A stretch of DNA of 60,129 bases, the filler included, from Globobulimina sp. (taxonomy: Eukaryota): assembly GCA_003354225.1 (NCBI GenBank). It is 14 parts of 14 records of this genome, joined end to end, with 100 filler letters (N's around TTAATTAATTAA, not from the genome) between each part and the next. Parts side by side here need not be neighbours in the genome. Positions count along the whole stretch, not along the records: positions 55,933 to 60,129 come from PIVH01001483.1; 13 more parts are not named here. One strand, given 5' to 3'. The notes beneath the pieces are model-generated. The model had not been told where the DNA came from and did not search any database. It worked only from the letters and a program-made list of their open reading frames with translations. The position numbers and the translations under genes were made by a program. Below are positions 57,592-60,129 of this stretch, in pieces. The stretch's first letter is position 1; every line of letters begins with the position of its first letter.

Positions 57592-58755
57592 TTAATTTTT
57601 TAACCAATGTGTTAACTGATCTGCATATTGTCGAATACAATAATTTTGTACAATATCTGCATGTTTTGCATGTTCGATTTGTATAATTTTCGTTTCTGAT
57701 AAAACCTCATCCTTTTTACACAAAGCTGTTTTATCCTCCATTCCCCAAATAAATAACCATTGTTTTGCATTATTAAATCTATCATTCTTATATAATGCTT
57801 GATATATTATGTAAAAATCAGCAAACAATGGCATATATCGTAGTGATGATAATAAACTGTATAAATATCCGCGAAGATTATTCTCCATCATTACATTCTG
57901 AAATTTTGTCATTTTATCGAGTGCATATTGAGCTTCATCACCATAAACCTCACAATTGATGGACTTTTCTTGTCTATTTTTAACTGTTTTTTTAGTAACA
58001 AAGAGAGGCACAAACAATTCACCAATCAAAGGCATCCTCACTATATTCATCATAAGTTTGTGTGTGAACGGAATCTGATCAGTACTGAAGCCAGCTGGTG
58101 ATATACAGATTAGTTTATGAACACGGTTTGGATATTTCTGAGCGAACGCAATAGAAATCATGCCACCCATCGAGTATCCGGCTAAGATAAGTCGGCCATT
58201 AATATGTAACGAAGTGATTATATCTGATATTTGAGACAAAAATAACGGCAAATTGTTTGGTGTTAATGTTGTATCAGAATATCCACGGCCATATAAATGG
58301 TATGAGGTGATTGAGGATATTGGAATTGTCTCATCATTGTCGCATAAGTTGAGCATATATGGTATGAAGGCAGTTGTTAGTCCCTGTGGCCATGACCAAC
58401 CATGAATTGTTATCATAGGATATGATTGAATGTCTTTGGAGCGATTTAATATTTGCCAATGTTCGATGTACGTGTCACCATATGATGTGTCGATAAATGT
58501 GTTGTGATAAATGTTATCTTTGTCAGGATCTGTTTTAGTTTCATCGATGTTTGGTGGCGCTATATTTGATTTGATCGATCGAGATATAGTATGTGGTGCA
58601 CATCGATCCCATTGGCTTATTGACATTAATGCGAAAAATAAGAGGAGACAACAAGTAAATCCAACCAAAAATAATATGTTGTCATTCGTATAGTACGCCG
58701 TTGCAATGATGCCTGGCACAGAAAAAATCAATGACACCAATATTATTTGACCCAT
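57592..58755 (-). CDS. Membrane-anchored alpha/beta hydrolase
   Basis: Two N-terminal TM helices; IHGW, LYGRGYS, nucleophile GYSMGG, IWGMED, AKH. Confidence 0.88.
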   Translation of the reverse strand: MGQIILVSLIFSVPGIIATAYYTNDNILFLVGFTCCLLLFFALMSISQWDRCAPHTISRSIKSNIAPPNIDETKTDPDKDNIYHNTFIDTSYGDTYIEHWQILNRSKDIQSYPMITIHGWSWPQGLTTAFIPYMLNLCDNDETIPISSITSYHLYGRGYSDTTLTPNNLPLFLSQISDIITSLHINGRLILAGYSMGGMISIAFAQKYPNRVHKLICISPAGFSTDQIPFTHKLMMNIVRMPLIGELFVPLFVTKKTVKNRQEKSINCEVYGDEAQYALDKMTKFQNVMMENNLRGYLYSLLSSLRYMPLFADFYIIYQALYKNDRFNNAKQWLFIWGMEDKTALCKKDEVLSETKIIQIEHAKHADIVQNYCIRQYADQLTHWLKN

Positions 58756-58940
58756 TATGCTTGGAACTGTATCTTTTGATGAGAAGCAAAAAAAAACTTC
58801 AGTAACACTCGCATCTGTACATCTGTGAGACCGATGGTAATTTAGCAAATCTTGTATGAGACTATGAGATGACTGTGATAGTGTTTTTTGCTAAAAAAGC
58901 CATAATTAAATAATATCTTTTGATAAAACTAAAAGTTGTT

Positions 58941-59720
58941 TTAAAGGCAAATGATGCCTTGTTTTGATGTTTGAATTAATCGTAAAGTTCGTAAACAATT
59001 TATAAGCGCAGTACCAGTCTGTCCGGTCAATTTAACACCTTTATTTGCATATATTTTAATAGCAATCGGTCCTCTCTGTTTTTTGGTTGATGTAAATGGT
59101 TGATTGAAATATATTTTTTTCATTAATTTATATGTTTCATCTAATTGTTCAAATGTTACTCTTTGCTTTGTTGATGGTGGTATTTTATTAAATTTATCCT
59201 CCAGTGACTCCTCATAGTTATTGTTATGGTTATTGTTATTATTATGATTATGATTATTGTTATTGTTTATATTTATATTTGCTGTTTGTTGAAATATGGC
59301 ACTTTCATCTTGCAATTGATCGTGATCATTATTCTGATTCTTATTAAATTTGATAACTTCATCATGAAACTCAGATATCACATTGTCGGGAATGCCGCTG
59401 GTTTTTAATCCGGATTGACACCGTAGTTCATGCACTTTAACACAATTATGAGTTAATTCATCGATTAGATTTGGTACCACCGTTCGTTTTTTTTCAGCAA
59501 TTATATCTGCTCTTTTTTGTAAATCTGTTAATATTTTTTGCAAAGATTTAATTCTTTGACTCAATTTAATTGGATTGATACATGATGAATAGTCTCCTTC
59601 TTCGATTTGTGATTCCAATCGAAGTTGTAAATGACCCAAACAATCAAATGTTTGACGGAATTGATTCCTTAAATTATTAACTCCCTCTGTTAACTGTAAA
59701 TCATCACTAAACGACGCCAT
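58941..59720 (-). CDS. SKA2: Spindle and kinetochore-associated protein 2-like
   Basis: LRNQF..L..L..RLESQ...NPIKLSQRIKSL coiled coil and C-terminal FNKIP..TK.RV...GVKLTGQTG..INCLRTL. Confidence 0.65.
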   Translation of the reverse strand: MASFSDDLQLTEGVNNLRNQFRQTFDCLGHLQLRLESQIEEGDYSSCINPIKLSQRIKSLQKILTDLQKRADIIAEKKRTVVPNLIDELTHNCVKVHELRCQSGLKTSGIPDNVISEFHDEVIKFNKNQNNDHDQLQDESAIFQQTANININNNNNHNHNNNNNHNNNYEESLEDKFNKIPPSTKQRVTFEQLDETYKLMKKIYFNQPFTSTKKQRGPIAIKIYANKGVKLTGQTGTALINCLRTLRLIQTSKQGIICL

Positions 59721-60129
59721 GTTAAATAAGCAACAAAATTGCAAAGAATAGATAGTTTCTTGTAGTCGTAGTTGAAATAAGTCGAATGAGACATTTTCGT
59801 CGGCCTTGCAAAATTTAGATATTATTTAACTTGTAGCAACATACTGATTATTTATTTAATTGTAATTTAAAAAAAAATAAAAGAAAATCATCACGAGCGA
59901 AATATAATAATTACACAATGAATATAACAAAAGCACACAGACAGTCGGTGTGAAAAATGTATATTAATTGACATGTTAATTATAAGTTTATCATTAAATT
60001 AATTCATATATAATTATCAAATATGCTTTATTCATTTTCTTCATATTCGTCGCCGCCTCTTTTAGCTCTCTTTTTTTTCGTAGCTTGTAAAAATTTAAAA
60101 TCAAACGGTTGATTCTTAATACGTGTATA

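Overview
This window is not one continuous locus. It consists of 14 unrelated contigs of about 4.2 kb, in decreasing length order, joined by artificial 100-nt linkers (44 N + TTAATTAATTAA + 44 N). Most contigs are AT-rich, gene-dense eukaryotic DNA with 52-65 nt GT-AG introns. A Retaria-type alpha2-tubulin and expanded RCC1/kelch/SPRY families point to a foraminiferan (inference). Host-type genes include an arylsulfatase, RCC1 and kelch proteins, an SHPRH-like RING/helicase-C protein, a channel with at least three cyclic-nucleotide-binding K+-channel repeats in one ORF, an RNF213-like AAA+ protein, RPL31, a TRP channel, a serpin, GT47, MATE, EndoG, Tctex-1, an S10 carboxypeptidase, an alpha/beta hydrolase and SKA2. 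Mobile elements are a CRE-clade RLE non-LTR retrotransposon, a PIF/Harbinger (Tourist)-like MITE, a Maverick/Polinton fragment whose capsid and integrase genes carry spliceosomal introns, and a T-rich tract ending in a minimal Penelope-type hammerhead ribozyme. One contig closes on itself as a 4085-bp circle or tandem unit, with a junction that truncates alpha-tubulin. All assignments come from reading motifs by eye; no database searches were run.
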